The position numbers and the translations under genes were made by a program. The notes beneath the pieces were generated by a model, which saw nothing but the letters and a program-made list of their open reading frames with translations, had not been told where the DNA came from and did not search any database. Shown piece after piece: positions 19,602 through 29,741 of a stretch of 59,097 nucleotides of DNA. The stretch comes from Gemmatimonadota bacterium (GTDB taxonomy: Bacteria > Gemmatimonadota > Gemmatimonadetes > Palauibacterales > Palauibacteraceae), in the NCBI GenBank assembly GCA_048060725.1, contig JBGMQU010000001.1, positions 55,996-115,092 of the forward strand, given 5' to 3'. How positions within the stretch are numbered: the first letter of the stretch is position 1; each line of letters begins with the position of its first letter.

Positions 19602-20810
19602 CTACTCGTATCGCAATGCGACGATCGGATCGAGCCGCGCGGCCCTGCGCGCCGGCCATATCCCGAAGAACACTCCAACCACCCCGGCGAACAGGACGGC
19701 CATTCCGACGGCCTCGGGCGCGATCGCCATCTGCCACTGCGCGACATCGGACAGGATCTTCGCGGTGCCGTATGCCGCGGCCACACCGAGCAAGCCGCCG
19801 ACGAGGCACAGCGTCGTGGCCTCGAGTAGAAACTGCAAGAGAACCGCGTTCCTCGTAGCCCCCAGGGCCTTCCTGATGCCGATCTCCTTCGTTCGCTCCG
19901 TGACCGACACGAGCATGATGTTCATGATGCCGATACCGCCGACCAGAAGGCTCACCCCCGCGATCCCGGCGAGCAGCATCGTGAACGTCTGCGTCGTCTC
20001 CTGCTGCGTTTGCAGGAATTGCTGAGAGTCGGAGATGTTGAAGTCGTTGTCCTTCCCCAGCGTCAGACGGTGTTCGCGCCTCAGGATCTCCTCGACCTGG
20101 ACCATGGCCGTGGCGATCGCCGAACGGTCCGCCACCATGATCTTGATGCCGCCGAGCCGGTCGGTGCCGAGCAACCGAAACTGCGCGGTCTCTAGCGGCA
20201 CGTACAGCTGCTCGTCCGCGTTGAACCAGCCCTGTCCGCCCTTCTCCACGAGCACGCCAACCACTTCGAACGTGATGTTTCGGATCGTAATCGTCTGGCC
20301 GACAATCGAGGCCGCGTCGGTGCCGAGGATATCGGGCACCCCCCCGCCGAGGACCGCGACCCGCTTGCGCCCCGAATTCTCGCTCTCGTCGAAGAAGCGC
20401 CCGAGTTCCACGACGTAGTTGTTGATGCTCGCGTAGTTGGGGGTCGTCCCTATGACGCGCACGTTCCCGTTCGTGCGCCCAAACTGGATCTGAAGATTGC
20501 CGCGCATTTCCGGCGCGATCGCCACGAGCGCGTCCGCGCGCGTGAGGGCGGCCGCGTCTTCGACCGTGAGCCTCGCGTCCGCCCCGCCCCGGACCCCTCC
20601 GAACATTCCCTGCCCCGGCCGAATCGTCAGAACGTTGGTACCCAGTTGGGAAATCTGGGATTCGACGGCGCGCTGTGCGCCTTCACCCAGGGCCACCATC
20701 GTGATGACCGCGCCGACACCGATGACGATGCCCAGCATCGTGAGGAGCGAGCGCATCTTGTTGGCGCGAATCGCGTCCATCGCGACGCGCAGGATCTCGA
20801 AGAAGATCAT
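19602..20810 (-). CDS. MacB/FtsX-family ABC permease (no ATPase domain)
   Basis: RSLLTMLGIVIGV, VGGIGIMNIMLVSVTERTKEIGIRKALGA, PARRAARLDP. Confidence 0.95.
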   Translation of the reverse strand: MIFFEILRVAMDAIRANKMRSLLTMLGIVIGVGAVITMVALGEGAQRAVESQISQLGTNVLTIRPGQGMFGGVRGGADARLTVEDAAALTRADALVAIAPEMRGNLQIQFGRTNGNVRVIGTTPNYASINNYVVELGRFFDESENSGRKRVAVLGGGVPDILGTDAASIVGQTITIRNITFEVVGVLVEKGGQGWFNADEQLYVPLETAQFRLLGTDRLGGIKIMVADRSAIATAMVQVEEILRREHRLTLGKDNDFNISDSQQFLQTQQETTQTFTMLLAGIAGVSLLVGGIGIMNIMLVSVTERTKEIGIRKALGATRNAVLLQFLLEATTLCLVGGLLGVAAAYGTAKILSDVAQWQMAIAPEAVGMAVLFAGVVGVFFGIWPARRAARLDPIVALRYE

Positions 20811-20815
20811 TTCGG

Positions 20816-22297
20816 CTACCGCCCTCCGCCGATTCCCGGGAGCGACATGCGCTCGCGTATCCGGTTGATGAAGTCCTGCTGCTGGATGAGCGACATCGGA
20901 ATCGAAACGACGACCTCGCCCTCATCGAGCCCGCTGACCACCTGCGTATAGTCGAAATCGCTGAGGCCGATCATGACGGCCCGTACCGAAAGAACCCCCG
21001 CGGCGTCCTGCTGGAAGACGAAGGCGGGGCGAGGCTCGCTCGATCCGCTACTACCGTCTCCACCGCCCTCTCTCTGTTGCTGAAAGAGCTGCATTGCGCG
21101 GCCGCGCTCCGCCCCGGACAGGCCCTGGAACCACTCCATCCGCTCGCCCTGCGACATGGTCGCCACCTGGGACAGTGGGACGCCGTTGATGATCTCCTCA
21201 TCCTCGTCCTCGACCTCCGCCGCACCATCTCCAGCGCCCTGCCGGGCCTGCCTGGCGAGGGCCACAAGGTCGGCTTCGAGTCCGAAAGCCTCCAGGATGC
21301 GAGCGGCCTCTCGCTGAGCCTTGATCGCGCTGTTCGGGAGGGCAAGCACGTTGTCCTGTCTGCCGATCACGACTTCGACATCCGCGTTCATGCCGGGCCG
21401 AAGCAGGTCATCCTCATTCGAGATGCGGGTCAGGACAGCGAACATGGTCACGTTCTGTTCGACAACCGCCTGCGGTTCGATCTTCAGCACCTCCCCGCGG
21501 AACGTTCGCTCCCGGTACGCTTCCACCGTGATCTCGGCCGGCATGCCTGGCTTGAGACGACCGATGTCGGTCTCATCGACGAGCATTCGGACCTGGACTT
21601 CGCGGAGATCGGCCATCTTCATGAGCGCCGTCCCACCGGTAAGATCGCGCGTACCGGTGATAACCTGACCCACCTCGATCGCCCGTTCCACGATCGTACC
21701 GGTGATCGGAGCGCGCAGCGTCACGTCCTGGAGACGATCTGCGGCAAGCTCGAGATTGACCTGGGCCCGGACGAGTGCCGCCTTGGAGTTCGCGTTCTCG
21801 AGAATCGCGGCTTCGAGTTCCTCCTCGGTCACGATGTCGGAGTCGCGCAGTTGCTCCATCCGGCCGAGTTGCCGTTGGGCCACATCGAACCTCGCCACGG
21901 CGACGTCGAGGTCGGCCTGCGCCTGGTCGAACGCATTGCGCACATCTCGCGGATTGATCTGGACCAGCAGCGTGCCCTTAGGCACCTGATCGCCGAGTTC
22001 GACCGGCAGCTCGAGAATCTCGCCGCCGGCTTGCGACTTCACCTCGATGACACGGATCGGCTCGACCGTTCCGGTCGCCTCCACGCTGGACACGATGGTT
22101 TGCGGCTCGACCGTCGCGGACTGCAGGACGGTGTCGGCCTCGATCGCCTCACCGCGCGTGCATCCGCTGGCGCCCACCACAACCAGCAACGTCGCGGTGA
22201 CGAACCCGAAAGTTCGTGACGCCGGGTTACGACTGGGTCCGGTCTGTCTGTTTAGTGCCAACTTTCGAACCTCTCTTGAGAATCCTGCTTCCGTCAT
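20816..22297 (-). CDS. Efflux RND/MacA-type periplasmic adaptor (MFP)
   Basis: EVKSQAGGEI, APITGTI, VDETDIG, GMNADV. Start ATG 22297 chosen; ORF extends to 22429. Confidence 0.92.
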   Translation of the reverse strand: MTEAGFSREVRKLALNRQTGPSRNPASRTFGFVTATLLVVVGASGCTRGEAIEADTVLQSATVEPQTIVSSVEATGTVEPIRVIEVKSQAGGEILELPVELGDQVPKGTLLVQINPRDVRNAFDQAQADLDVAVARFDVAQRQLGRMEQLRDSDIVTEEELEAAILENANSKAALVRAQVNLELAADRLQDVTLRAPITGTIVERAIEVGQVITGTRDLTGGTALMKMADLREVQVRMLVDETDIGRLKPGMPAEITVEAYRERTFRGEVLKIEPQAVVEQNVTMFAVLTRISNEDDLLRPGMNADVEVVIGRQDNVLALPNSAIKAQREAARILEAFGLEADLVALARQARQGAGDGAAEVEDEDEEIINGVPLSQVATMSQGERMEWFQGLSGAERGRAMQLFQQQREGGGDGSSGSSEPRPAFVFQQDAAGVLSVRAVMIGLSDFDYTQVVSGLDEGEVVVSIPMSLIQQQDFINRIRERMSLPGIGGGR

Positions 22298-22306
22298 GCG
22301 GGTACA

Positions 22307-22334
22307 CGACACCCCGGGAGGGGCGGGCGTTGAA
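22307..22334 (-). promoter_or_regulatory. Candidate ECF promoter upstream of the MFP gene
   Basis: Minus strand TTCAAC-N16-GTGTCG, matching TGCAAC-N16-GTGTTG upstream of the ECF sigma gene. Confidence 0.5.
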
Positions 22335-22487
22335 GGCGAACGGTCTGTGAAAACGAGCCAACTCCGGGATGTCGCACGAGAAGGGCGACCCCGAACGAGT
22401 CGGCCCTTGACTCTGGACGCCGCGGACACGTTCTGGAAAGCTGGCGCAGGCCCAGGGTTCTTCAGTAGTCCACGTGAGACGACAAGG

Positions 22488-23804
22488 CTAGAAGTCCTCG
22501 ACCGCCAGCCCCAGCAGCGCCTCGATCGCGGCCAGCGCCAGTTGATAGTCGAACCGTCGGGAGACCAGGTCGACCTCGGCCTGGGTCAACGTGATTTGCG
22601 CGTCCTGAAGTTCCAGAATGGTCGCGAGCCCGAGCCGATAGCGCTCCTGAACGACGCGGAGACTCTCTGTGCTCAGGCCCACGTTTTGAGCGGCGAGATC
22701 GATCCCCGCCTGCGCGGCCTGAGCCGTGCTGTACGAGGCGTCCAGTTCGGAACTCAGGTTGAGCCGAGCCGCCCGCTCCTGCTGTTCTGCCAGGTCTTGC
22801 TGAGCCTGCGCCCTGTAGACCGCTGTCTCACGCTGGAAGCCGTTGAACAGGGGGTAGCTGCCGCGCAGTGAGAACGACCACGATCGGTTCTGCGGTGGGA
22901 ACTCGGTGTTCGCCCACGCCCACCCTCCGTTGAACGACAGGTTGGGCAGATACGCCGAACGGGCGCTCGAGACGGCCGACTCGGCCGCCCGGGTAGCCGC
23001 GTTCGCCGTCACCAGCGACGGCGCTGACTGCTCGGCGACCCCGAAGAGCTGGTTTCTCGAGAAGGCCAAAGGTTGCGCCACCAGAGTGGCTTCCTCGACC
23101 GGGCCGAGGCGCGTTTCCGACCCCACGACCTCGGTCAGGCGAAATGTCGTGGTGCGCTTGGCGTTCTCCGCGTTGAGGAGCGCGAGACGGGCGTTGTTTA
23201 CATCGACCTGCGACCGAAGCAGGTCGGAACGCGTCGCCCGCCCGAGATCGAGCTGTTGCTGCACGAAGTCGAGCTGATCCTCCTGCCGCTGGACCCGGCG
23301 CTCCTCGACGCCGACGAGATCACGAGCTGCGACTGCGTTGAAGTAGTTCTGCTTGACCAGCTGGATCGTCTGGAATTCGGTCTGGCGGTAGCGAGCGTGC
23401 TGTTCGTTCAGGCCGAGATTCGCACCCTTCAGATCGGTGAAACGACGCCAGCCGTCGAAGAGGTTGTAGCTGCCGCTGAGCTGTGTGGTGTAGCTCGTCG
23501 TGACGATGCCCTGACCTGTCGGATCGAGCCGCCCGCTCGACGCATTCGAGTACCCGTAGGTCAGATTGACCTGGGGGAGAAGCGCGCCAATGGCGCTGAG
23601 CTTGACGGTCTCAGCGCTTTCGATGTTTGTCCGGGCCTGGGAAAGCGTCGGGTTGCGCCGGAGCGCGATCTCGATCGCTTCATCGAGTGTGACCGGACGA
23701 AACCCCTGAGCTTCGGACTCGACCAACTGCCCGGCGAGGCCGCCGGGAACGAGGATGCCCGCGGCCAGAAAAGCCACCGCCACCCATCCATTGCTGCGTT
23801 TCAT
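22488..23804 (-). CDS. TolC family outer membrane efflux protein
   Basis: Signal peptide, TLDEAIEIAL, LLP and YLP repeat motifs, ERYRLG, AQITLTQAE. Confidence 0.92.
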   Translation of the reverse strand: MKRSNGWVAVAFLAAGILVPGGLAGQLVESEAQGFRPVTLDEAIEIALRRNPTLSQARTNIESAETVKLSAIGALLPQVNLTYGYSNASSGRLDPTGQGIVTTSYTTQLSGSYNLFDGWRRFTDLKGANLGLNEQHARYRQTEFQTIQLVKQNYFNAVAARDLVGVEERRVQRQEDQLDFVQQQLDLGRATRSDLLRSQVDVNNARLALLNAENAKRTTTFRLTEVVGSETRLGPVEEATLVAQPLAFSRNQLFGVAEQSAPSLVTANAATRAAESAVSSARSAYLPNLSFNGGWAWANTEFPPQNRSWSFSLRGSYPLFNGFQRETAVYRAQAQQDLAEQQERAARLNLSSELDASYSTAQAAQAGIDLAAQNVGLSTESLRVVQERYRLGLATILELQDAQITLTQAEVDLVSRRFDYQLALAAIEALLGLAVEDF

Positions 23805-23920
23805 CTGACCTCAGTTCGCTATCATCCCCAGAGGGGATGTAGGATACGTCGTCCGGCGCATGCCGGGCCCGTCAGAGGACAGCCCGGCCGGTCGATCCGT
23901 TAGCGCCTTTCTCTCGTCCG

Positions 23921-24379
23921 TTATCCGTCAGGATCCGACGCGGTTGCCGTCGATGAGTCACTCCCGGCGCCGTACCGCTCGTCTATCAGTGTGCGGTACT
24001 CCCCGCGTTGACCGTCATCGAGGACCGCCTCGATCTCGACCCGCACGGAGTCCATGAGAGCCTGGTACTGCGGTCGCACCGCATGTCGTAACTCCTTGAG
24101 CGATGCCGCGTAGTAGTCCAGCAGCAGATCGATCTCCATTCGCTGCCCGGACGAGAGGCCCAACTCGTCCGCGAACTCCTCGATGATGGTCTGGTTTTCC
24201 GCAGACTCCGTCGCGCCGTTCGGCGTCTCCGCCTCGGTTGCCTCCGCCGCCCGGGGTATCAAATCCAGACGGTCTCCTGCGATGCCTGCCGCGGCGCCCG
24301 CGACGAACACCAGCGCCAACGTCAAACCTGCCTTTGTTCTCGAACCGTTCATACGGAGGGGGCCTTTCGCACGTTTCAA
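23921..24379 (-). CDS. Periplasmic helical (Spy/CpxP-like) protein
   Basis: LALVFVAGAAAG TM/signal segment; ELGLSSGQ...VLDDGQ repeats. Start may be 24352. Confidence 0.65.
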   Translation of the reverse strand: MKRAKGPLRMNGSRTKAGLTLALVFVAGAAAGIAGDRLDLIPRAAEATEAETPNGATESAENQTIIEEFADELGLSSGQRMEIDLLLDYYAASLKELRHAVRPQYQALMDSVRVEIEAVLDDGQRGEYRTLIDERYGAGSDSSTATASDPDG

Positions 24380-24399
24380 ATGCCTCAGCGAGGTGTCAC

Positions 24400-24798
24400 T
24401 TAGCGTGACCCGAAGGCGGCAAGAAACACCGCTTCCCGATTCAACTCGTTTTCCTCGATGAGCAGTGCCGGCGGAGCGGAGTCTTCAGGGCCTAGCAGCG
24501 GCCGAATCTCATGGCTCTCGAGCGTGGCCGGCCCGGCATGAACGTCCACCTGAGCGAGGGTCTCGGGTTCTGGGGAAATCGATGCCCGGTAGGCGAGGAC
24601 TCCGAACGCAACCGCGAGCCCGGCGGCGAGTGGCGTGAGAACGGCGGACCACCCGGCCGTGACGTCATGCCAGGTCCGCTCCGGGAGCCGCAGCATCGAC
24701 TCCGCGCGCGCCATCACCTGTTTGTGCAGGCGACGGCTGGTCACCTCATCGGGCCTCAGGGCTTCCAACCATGACGGCCACTCCGACTTCCCGTTCAT
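24400..24798 (-). CDS. Putative anti-sigma factor (single TM)
   Basis: Start overlaps the sigma stop; one hydrophobic segment. Confidence 0.6.
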   Translation of the reverse strand: MNGKSEWPSWLEALRPDEVTSRRLHKQVMARAESMLRLPERTWHDVTAGWSAVLTPLAAGLAVAFGVLAYRASISPEPETLAQVDVHAGPATLESHEIRPLLGPEDSAPPALLIEENELNREAVFLAAFGSR

Positions 24799-25427
24799 TC
24801 CGCTTCTCCATCCTCTACCAGGATTCTCCGCAACGCCTGCCTGCCGTGGTGCAGGTTCGCGCGCGAAGTTCCCACCGCGATCTCGAGGATCGTCGCGATA
24901 TCCGCGTGGTCGTACCCCTCTAGATCGTACATCATCACTGCCGTTCGCTGCCGCTCCGGTAACTGATCGAGAGCCTGGAGCACCCGCTTCCTCGCCTCCC
25001 GCTGTTCAAACTCACGGTACGGGCTATGGCCTGACTGCGCCGTCTCCGGCACCTCGGAATGCGACCGAAGCAACTCTCGTCGACGCAGATTGAGGCATGT
25101 GCTTCGAAGCACCCGATAGAACCAGGGCCCGAACCGACTTCCCGGACGCAACTGCTCGATGCGCTCCAGGGCGCGTATGAACGCCGCCTGAACTGCATCT
25201 TCCGCGTCCTGTTCATGACGCAGGATCGACAACGAAACCGCGTATGCCGGATCCATATATCGTGCCACCAGCTTCGAAAACGCTCGCGAGTCGCCCTGCT
25301 GCACAGACGCGACCAGGTCCGGCTCGTCGGCCCCGCGGTCTTCGTGCCGCTCAGCCGACCGCCCGGGGCTCGACTCGGCCCGAGATTTCCTCGTAACTGT
25401 TGCGGGCGTTTTCGACGCCATGGACAT
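24795..25427 (-). CDS. ECF sigma-70 factor
   Basis: AEDAVQAAF, FGPWFYRV, LPERQR, GTSRANLHHGR. Start ATG 25427 or 25421; the ORF-track start at 25451 lies within the putative -10. Confidence 0.93.
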   Translation of the reverse strand: MSMASKTPATVTRKSRAESSPGRSAERHEDRGADEPDLVASVQQGDSRAFSKLVARYMDPAYAVSLSILRHEQDAEDAVQAAFIRALERIEQLRPGSRFGPWFYRVLRSTCLNLRRRELLRSHSEVPETAQSGHSPYREFEQREARKRVLQALDQLPERQRTAVMMYDLEGYDHADIATILEIAVGTSRANLHHGRQALRRILVEDGEAE

Positions 25428-25445
25428 TGTCCTCACGCAACTCGA

Positions 25446-25473
25446 CAACACTCCCTCGGGGCACGGCGTTGCA
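25446..25473 (-). promoter_or_regulatory. Candidate autoregulatory ECF promoter
   Basis: Minus strand TGCAAC-N16-GTGTTG just upstream of the sigma start. Confidence 0.5.
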
Positions 25474-25488
25474 CTCCCTGGGAGCCGA

Positions 25489-25517
25489 TTAACGTTCGCG
25501 CTGCCGCCGACGTCTTA
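25489..25517 (+). promoter_or_regulatory. Candidate ECF promoter
   Basis: TTAACG-N16-CGTCTTA upstream of the + strand sigma gene. Confidence 0.4.
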
Positions 25518-25595
25518 CCGTCGAGTCACCGCCGGAGGTTTGTCCGGCGCCGTCTCCGCGAGCGCGCTGATTCAAGATGTCTGATAACGACGAAA

Positions 25596-26168
25596 ATGCT
25601 AGACGATCGCTCGGCTGTCGAACAAGCACGGGACGGCGACGAGCGCGCCTGGCGAGAGTTGTACGAGCGGCATGTCGATCTGGTGTTTTGCCTCGCGTAC
25701 CGCGTGGTGAACGACCGTGATGTGGCGCTGGATGTCGTTCAGGAAGCCTACATCAAGGCTTCTCTGGCGATCGCGAATTTTCGCGGAGACTCGAGCTTCA
25801 AGGGCTGGATCGCGTCGATCACGCTCAATGAGGCCCGATCGTGGCTGCGAAAACGGGGTCGCGAACGGCAGGTCTCGCTGGATGCGGTCGGTGAGCCGGA
25901 ATCCGGCGCACGCCCCGCCGATGAGGTTGCTTCGGATGCGGAGCTCGCGGGGCGGGCGCTGGAGTTCATCGAGACGCTGCCCGCCCAGCAGCGCGATGCC
26001 GTGATGCTACGGACGACCGAGGGGCTGTCGTACAGGGAGATCGCTGCGGTCGTAGGCAGCAGCGAAGGGTCCGTGCGGGTGAGTTATCATCACGGGATGG
26101 CGAAGCTTCGCGAACACATGAAGAAGCTCATGGCTCCGCGCGGGGATGCGAGCTTGCCGAGAACATGA
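25596..26168 (+). CDS. ECF sigma-70 factor
   Basis: ARDGDERAW, ALDVVQEAY, FRGDSSFKGWI, LPAQQR, GSVRVSYHHG. Confidence 0.93.
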   Translation: MLDDRSAVEQARDGDERAWRELYERHVDLVFCLAYRVVNDRDVALDVVQEAYIKASLAIANFRGDSSFKGWIASITLNEARSWLRKRGRERQVSLDAVGEPESGARPADEVASDAELAGRALEFIETLPAQQRDAVMLRTTEGLSYREIAAVVGSSEGSVRVSYHHGMAKLREHMKKLMAPRGDASLPRT

Positions 26169-26193
26169 TCGCGCATGAGGTGTTGAAGAGAGT

Positions 26194-26727
26194 ATGAGCA
26201 GAATGAGCCTGCATACGGATCACCCGGTGGATGTGCTGCCGGACTACGTTCGCGGCGGCATCGCGAACGAGGCTGAGATCGAGCGCCATCTCGCCGAGTG
26301 CGAGACGTGCCGCGCGGAGGTGGAGGTTCTCCGGGTGTTGGCGCGGCCGATCACGACGCCGCTCTCGGACGTCGAGGCCGCGCGGGTGTACCGCGAGTTC
26401 GAATCGCGCCGCACCGGGCCCGACCCGGTGGCGCCGCCGCCACGGTGGCTACGGACGACGTGGCGGGCCGCCGCGGGGATCGCGGTCCTTCTCACCAGCG
26501 TCGGCGTGTGGCGAGTTGTTCAGGTCGGTTCGACCTCCGACTGGGACCCCGAGGCCGCCATCAAGGGTTGGGAGCAGGATCTCGCGGGTCTCGAGCTTTC
26601 GGCGGGCGATCTGAGGTTGGCTCTCGGGGTGGTGTTTGTCGACGACTTCGCCCCCGACCTCGGTTGGGATGGCCTCGAAGACGTGGATCTGGGGGAAATC
26701 GAGGTCCCCTGGGAGGACGGCAGATGA
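26194..26727 (+). CDS. Zinc-binding (zf-HC2) anti-sigma factor
   Basis: HLAECETC (HxxxCxxC) and a TM segment WRAAAGIAVLLTSVGVW. Confidence 0.85.
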   Translation: MSRMSLHTDHPVDVLPDYVRGGIANEAEIERHLAECETCRAEVEVLRVLARPITTPLSDVEAARVYREFESRRTGPDPVAPPPRWLRTTWRAAAGIAVLLTSVGVWRVVQVGSTSDWDPEAAIKGWEQDLAGLELSAGDLRLALGVVFVDDFAPDLGWDGLEDVDLGEIEVPWEDGR

Positions 26728-27290
26728 GGATAATGAAAGGGCTGCGGAACGACTTCTGTGTGTCGCGCCTCCCGATCGGGGTCTGCCTGCTTACGCTCGT
26801 GGTCGCCTCGCCAGTGACTGCGCAGGTTCGCGGAACGACTCAGCGCCAGAATCGGGCAACCCCGGGACAAAACGACGCGGCGAGGACGAACGCGCGGCGG
26901 GGCCGTCTGCTTCTCAATCGGTTTGCGGAGCGGGCGGGGAAAGCGCTCAGGCTGTCGCCCGATCAGACTCGTCGGTTACAGAGCGAGCTCCAGGCGTCGC
27001 GTGAGGCACGGGCACGGATTACGGCTCAGGCACGTGTCGTTCGACAGGAGCTCGCGCGGATGGTGAGAGAGTCGTCTACGGATGAGACGCGGATGGGAGA
27101 ATTGCTGAGCGAGGCGGTGCGACTCGAAGTGGCGATCGCGGAGGTGGCGGCCGACGAACAGGAACGTCTCGGCCGGTTCCTGACCCCGACACAGCGGGTC
27201 CGGATCATGTGGCTCCGACAGCGGATCGTTCAAGAAGCGCTTCGGCGGCGCGACACGATACCTGCAGACGACCCGTTCTCCGGCAATTGA
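26724..27290 (+). CDS. Periplasmic Spy/CpxP-like helical protein
   Basis: ATGA overlap with the anti-sigma stop, signal peptide, LRLSPDQ and LTPTQR motifs. Confidence 0.7.
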   Translation: MRIMKGLRNDFCVSRLPIGVCLLTLVVASPVTAQVRGTTQRQNRATPGQNDAARTNARRGRLLLNRFAERAGKALRLSPDQTRRLQSELQASREARARITAQARVVRQELARMVRESSTDETRMGELLSEAVRLEVAIAEVAADEQERLGRFLTPTQRVRIMWLRQRIVQEALRRRDTIPADDPFSGN

Positions 27291-27379
27291 GCCGGGGCCT
27301 CGGTGGCTGCTGAACCACCTGGGCGGGTCGTGTGGCGGCGTCCTTGTTCCCGCCCCGAACGCGGTGCATCTTCGGCACC

Positions 27380-27928
27380 GTGAATGATGAAACCAGGCCC
27401 ATTCAGGGCACCGCGCTGCACCCCGAAGGCGATCTCGGTCTCGCCGCCAGAATCCTCGTCCAGGAACGGATTCGCGGGATCCGGAAGTCTGTCGACCGGC
27501 GACTCGCGCCAGGCGATATCGTCATCCACCCGGCGAGCGCGGATGTTCGCGCGCACTTGTTCGAGGAGGCGTGCGAGCTCTACTGGAACGAGCTCTCATG
27601 GGAGGAGATCACCGAGGAGGAGTTGGTCGGAGATGACGAACTCACCGAGATGGTGTTCGCCGGCCTCCTGACCCTCATCGATGCGTTCCTTCCCAGGGCC
27701 GCGAACGGTGAGCCCGATCGCAGCCGCGAACACCGAGACGTCGCGCATGATTTTCTGACGTGGCTCGCGGCGCAGTTGATCGAACTGGGGTCTAAGACGC
27801 CCGATTCCGACGACGACCGACAGAGAATCTACCGTCGGAAGAACGTGACGGACGATCTGATCGACCTGATCGCGTTTCGGGTGTGTGGCCTGACGGAGGC
27901 CGAAATCGAGACCTACCAGAGTCACTGA
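27380..27928 (+). CDS. Hypothetical protein
   Basis: Acidic helical ORF (LYWNELSWEEIT). GTG 27380 is the plausible start. Confidence 0.7.
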   Translation: MNDETRPIQGTALHPEGDLGLAARILVQERIRGIRKSVDRRLAPGDIVIHPASADVRAHLFEEACELYWNELSWEEITEEELVGDDELTEMVFAGLLTLIDAFLPRAANGEPDRSREHRDVAHDFLTWLAAQLIELGSKTPDSDDDRQRIYRRKNVTDDLIDLIAFRVCGLTEAEIETYQSH

Positions 27929-27966
27929 TCCGCTACGGACAACGAACACGACAGAGAAGCCATCCT

Positions 27967-28716
27967 TTGAACACAATCGTATGCATAAAGCGCGTGCCCG
28001 ATTCAGCCTCGCGCGTGAAGGTCGGTCCCGGAGGATCGGAGCTCGATCCTGCCGGTGTGAAGTACGTCGTCAATCCGTATGACGAATTCGCCCTCGAGGA
28101 GGCGATCCGGCGGAGGGAGGCGGCCGGGTCCGGAACCGTCACCGTGATTTCGCTCGGCCCGGCGGCGACGACCGAAGCGCTGCGTCAGGCGCTCGCGATG
28201 GGCGCCGACGAAGCCGTCCACCTGAAGAGCGATGGATCGCACGACGGGCTCGCTGTCGCCAGGGCATTGGCCGCCGAGATTTCCGGACGCGAATACGACC
28301 TCGTGATGTTCGGTAAGCAGGCGATCGACCACGACAACATGCAGGTGCCGCAAATGGTCGCGGAGTTCCTCGGAGTTCCGTGTGCCGCGGTCGTAGTCGG
28401 GCTCGAGATCGCCGACGGCCGGGCGGTCGCGAGGCGCGAAGTGGAGGGCGGGCATGAGGTCCTGGAGTTTTCGCTGCCGGCGGTGGTCTCCGCCCAGAAG
28501 GGGCTCAACGAGCCACGATACGTGAATCTCAAGGGGATCATGGCGGCAAAGAAGAAGCCGCTCGAGGAGAAGGATGTCGCGCTCGAAGTATCGACGCTTG
28601 AACTCGTCTCGCTCGAGGAGCCTCCGTCTGCTGCGCCGGGCCGAATCATCGGCGAGGGTGCGGACGCGGTGCCCGAGCTGATTGCGGCGCTCCGCGACGA
28701 AGCGGGGGTGCTCTGA
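27967..28716 (+). CDS. etfB: Electron transfer flavoprotein beta subunit
   Basis: VCIKRVPD, NPYDEFALEEA, ALAMGAD, GKQAID, NEPRY. TTG start. Confidence 0.96.
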   Translation: MNTIVCIKRVPDSASRVKVGPGGSELDPAGVKYVVNPYDEFALEEAIRRREAAGSGTVTVISLGPAATTEALRQALAMGADEAVHLKSDGSHDGLAVARALAAEISGREYDLVMFGKQAIDHDNMQVPQMVAEFLGVPCAAVVVGLEIADGRAVARREVEGGHEVLEFSLPAVVSAQKGLNEPRYVNLKGIMAAKKKPLEEKDVALEVSTLELVSLEEPPSAAPGRIIGEGADAVPELIAALRDEAGVL

Positions 28717-29699
28717 TGGCTGACGTACTCGCGTTCGCGGAGATCCGGGACGGTCAGGCGGGAAAAGCGGCCCGGGAGACGGTGGCTGCCGCCCGCGACC
28801 TGGCGGAGGCGCTCGGCGGAGCCGTACACGTCGTCGTGGCGGGCGGGCCCGGAACCGGGGCGGCGGCGCCGGCTCTGGCCGCGGTCGGTGCGGACCGGAT
28901 CATGGTCGCGGAGGCCGACGGCCTGGCTCTTTATCAGCCGGATACGGTCACCGATGTGGTGGCACGCGCGGCCCACGCGGGGTCGTATGGGGCGGTCCTG
29001 TTCGCCGCGACGTCTCAGGGCAAGGATCTGGCGGCCCGGGTGGCCGCGCGTCTCGACCGGCCGCTCGCGACCGAGGTGATCGCGTTTTCGAGCGATGGTG
29101 AAACCATCACCGTTCGCCGGCCGATGTACGGCGGAAAGGTGATCGCGACGCTTCGTTTCTCGGCGGCGCCCGCCCTGATGACGCTGCGCGCGAATGTCTT
29201 CGGGGCGTCGCCCCGGGGGGGCGCAGGCGCCGTGGGGCCGATCGAAGTCGGGTCTGCCGAGGTGCGCGCCCGGGTCACTGCGTTCGAAGCGGGCGACCGC
29301 GAGCAACTCGATGTTTCAGAGGCCGGCATCGTCGTCGCGGGCGGACGGGGCATGCAGGACCCCGGAAACTGGAGCGTCCTCGAGGATCTCGTCGACGCGC
29401 TCGGCGCTGAAGCCACCCTCGGCGCGAGTCGAGCGGTCGTCGACGCCGGGTGGCGCCCGCACGCCGAGCAGGTCGGGCAGACCGGCAAGACCGTGTCGCC
29501 CAACCTCTATTTTGCCGTCGGCATCAGCGGGGCGATCCAGCACCTGGCCGGGATGCGCACCGCGAAGGTCATCGTCGCGATCAATCGCGACGCGGATGCG
29601 CCGATTTTCGGCGTGGCCGACTATGGTCTCGTCGGAGATCTGTTCGAGATTTTGCCGCGTCTCACCGAAGAGGTACGCAAGGTCCGGCAGGAAGCCTGA
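28716..29699 (+). CDS. etfA: Electron transfer flavoprotein alpha subunit
   Basis: [47 protein letters not shown]. Confidence 0.97.
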   Translation: MADVLAFAEIRDGQAGKAARETVAAARDLAEALGGAVHVVVAGGPGTGAAAPALAAVGADRIMVAEADGLALYQPDTVTDVVARAAHAGSYGAVLFAATSQGKDLAARVAARLDRPLATEVIAFSSDGETITVRRPMYGGKVIATLRFSAAPALMTLRANVFGASPRGGAGAVGPIEVGSAEVRARVTAFEAGDREQLDVSEAGIVVAGGRGMQDPGNWSVLEDLVDALGAEATLGASRAVVDAGWRPHAEQVGQTGKTVSPNLYFAVGISGAIQHLAGMRTAKVIVAINRDADAPIFGVADYGLVGDLFEILPRLTEEVRKVRQEA

Positions 29700-29741
29700 C
29701 CCCCGTTTTGCAGGAGCCGTCATGAGCCTGGCGGGAGCGAA

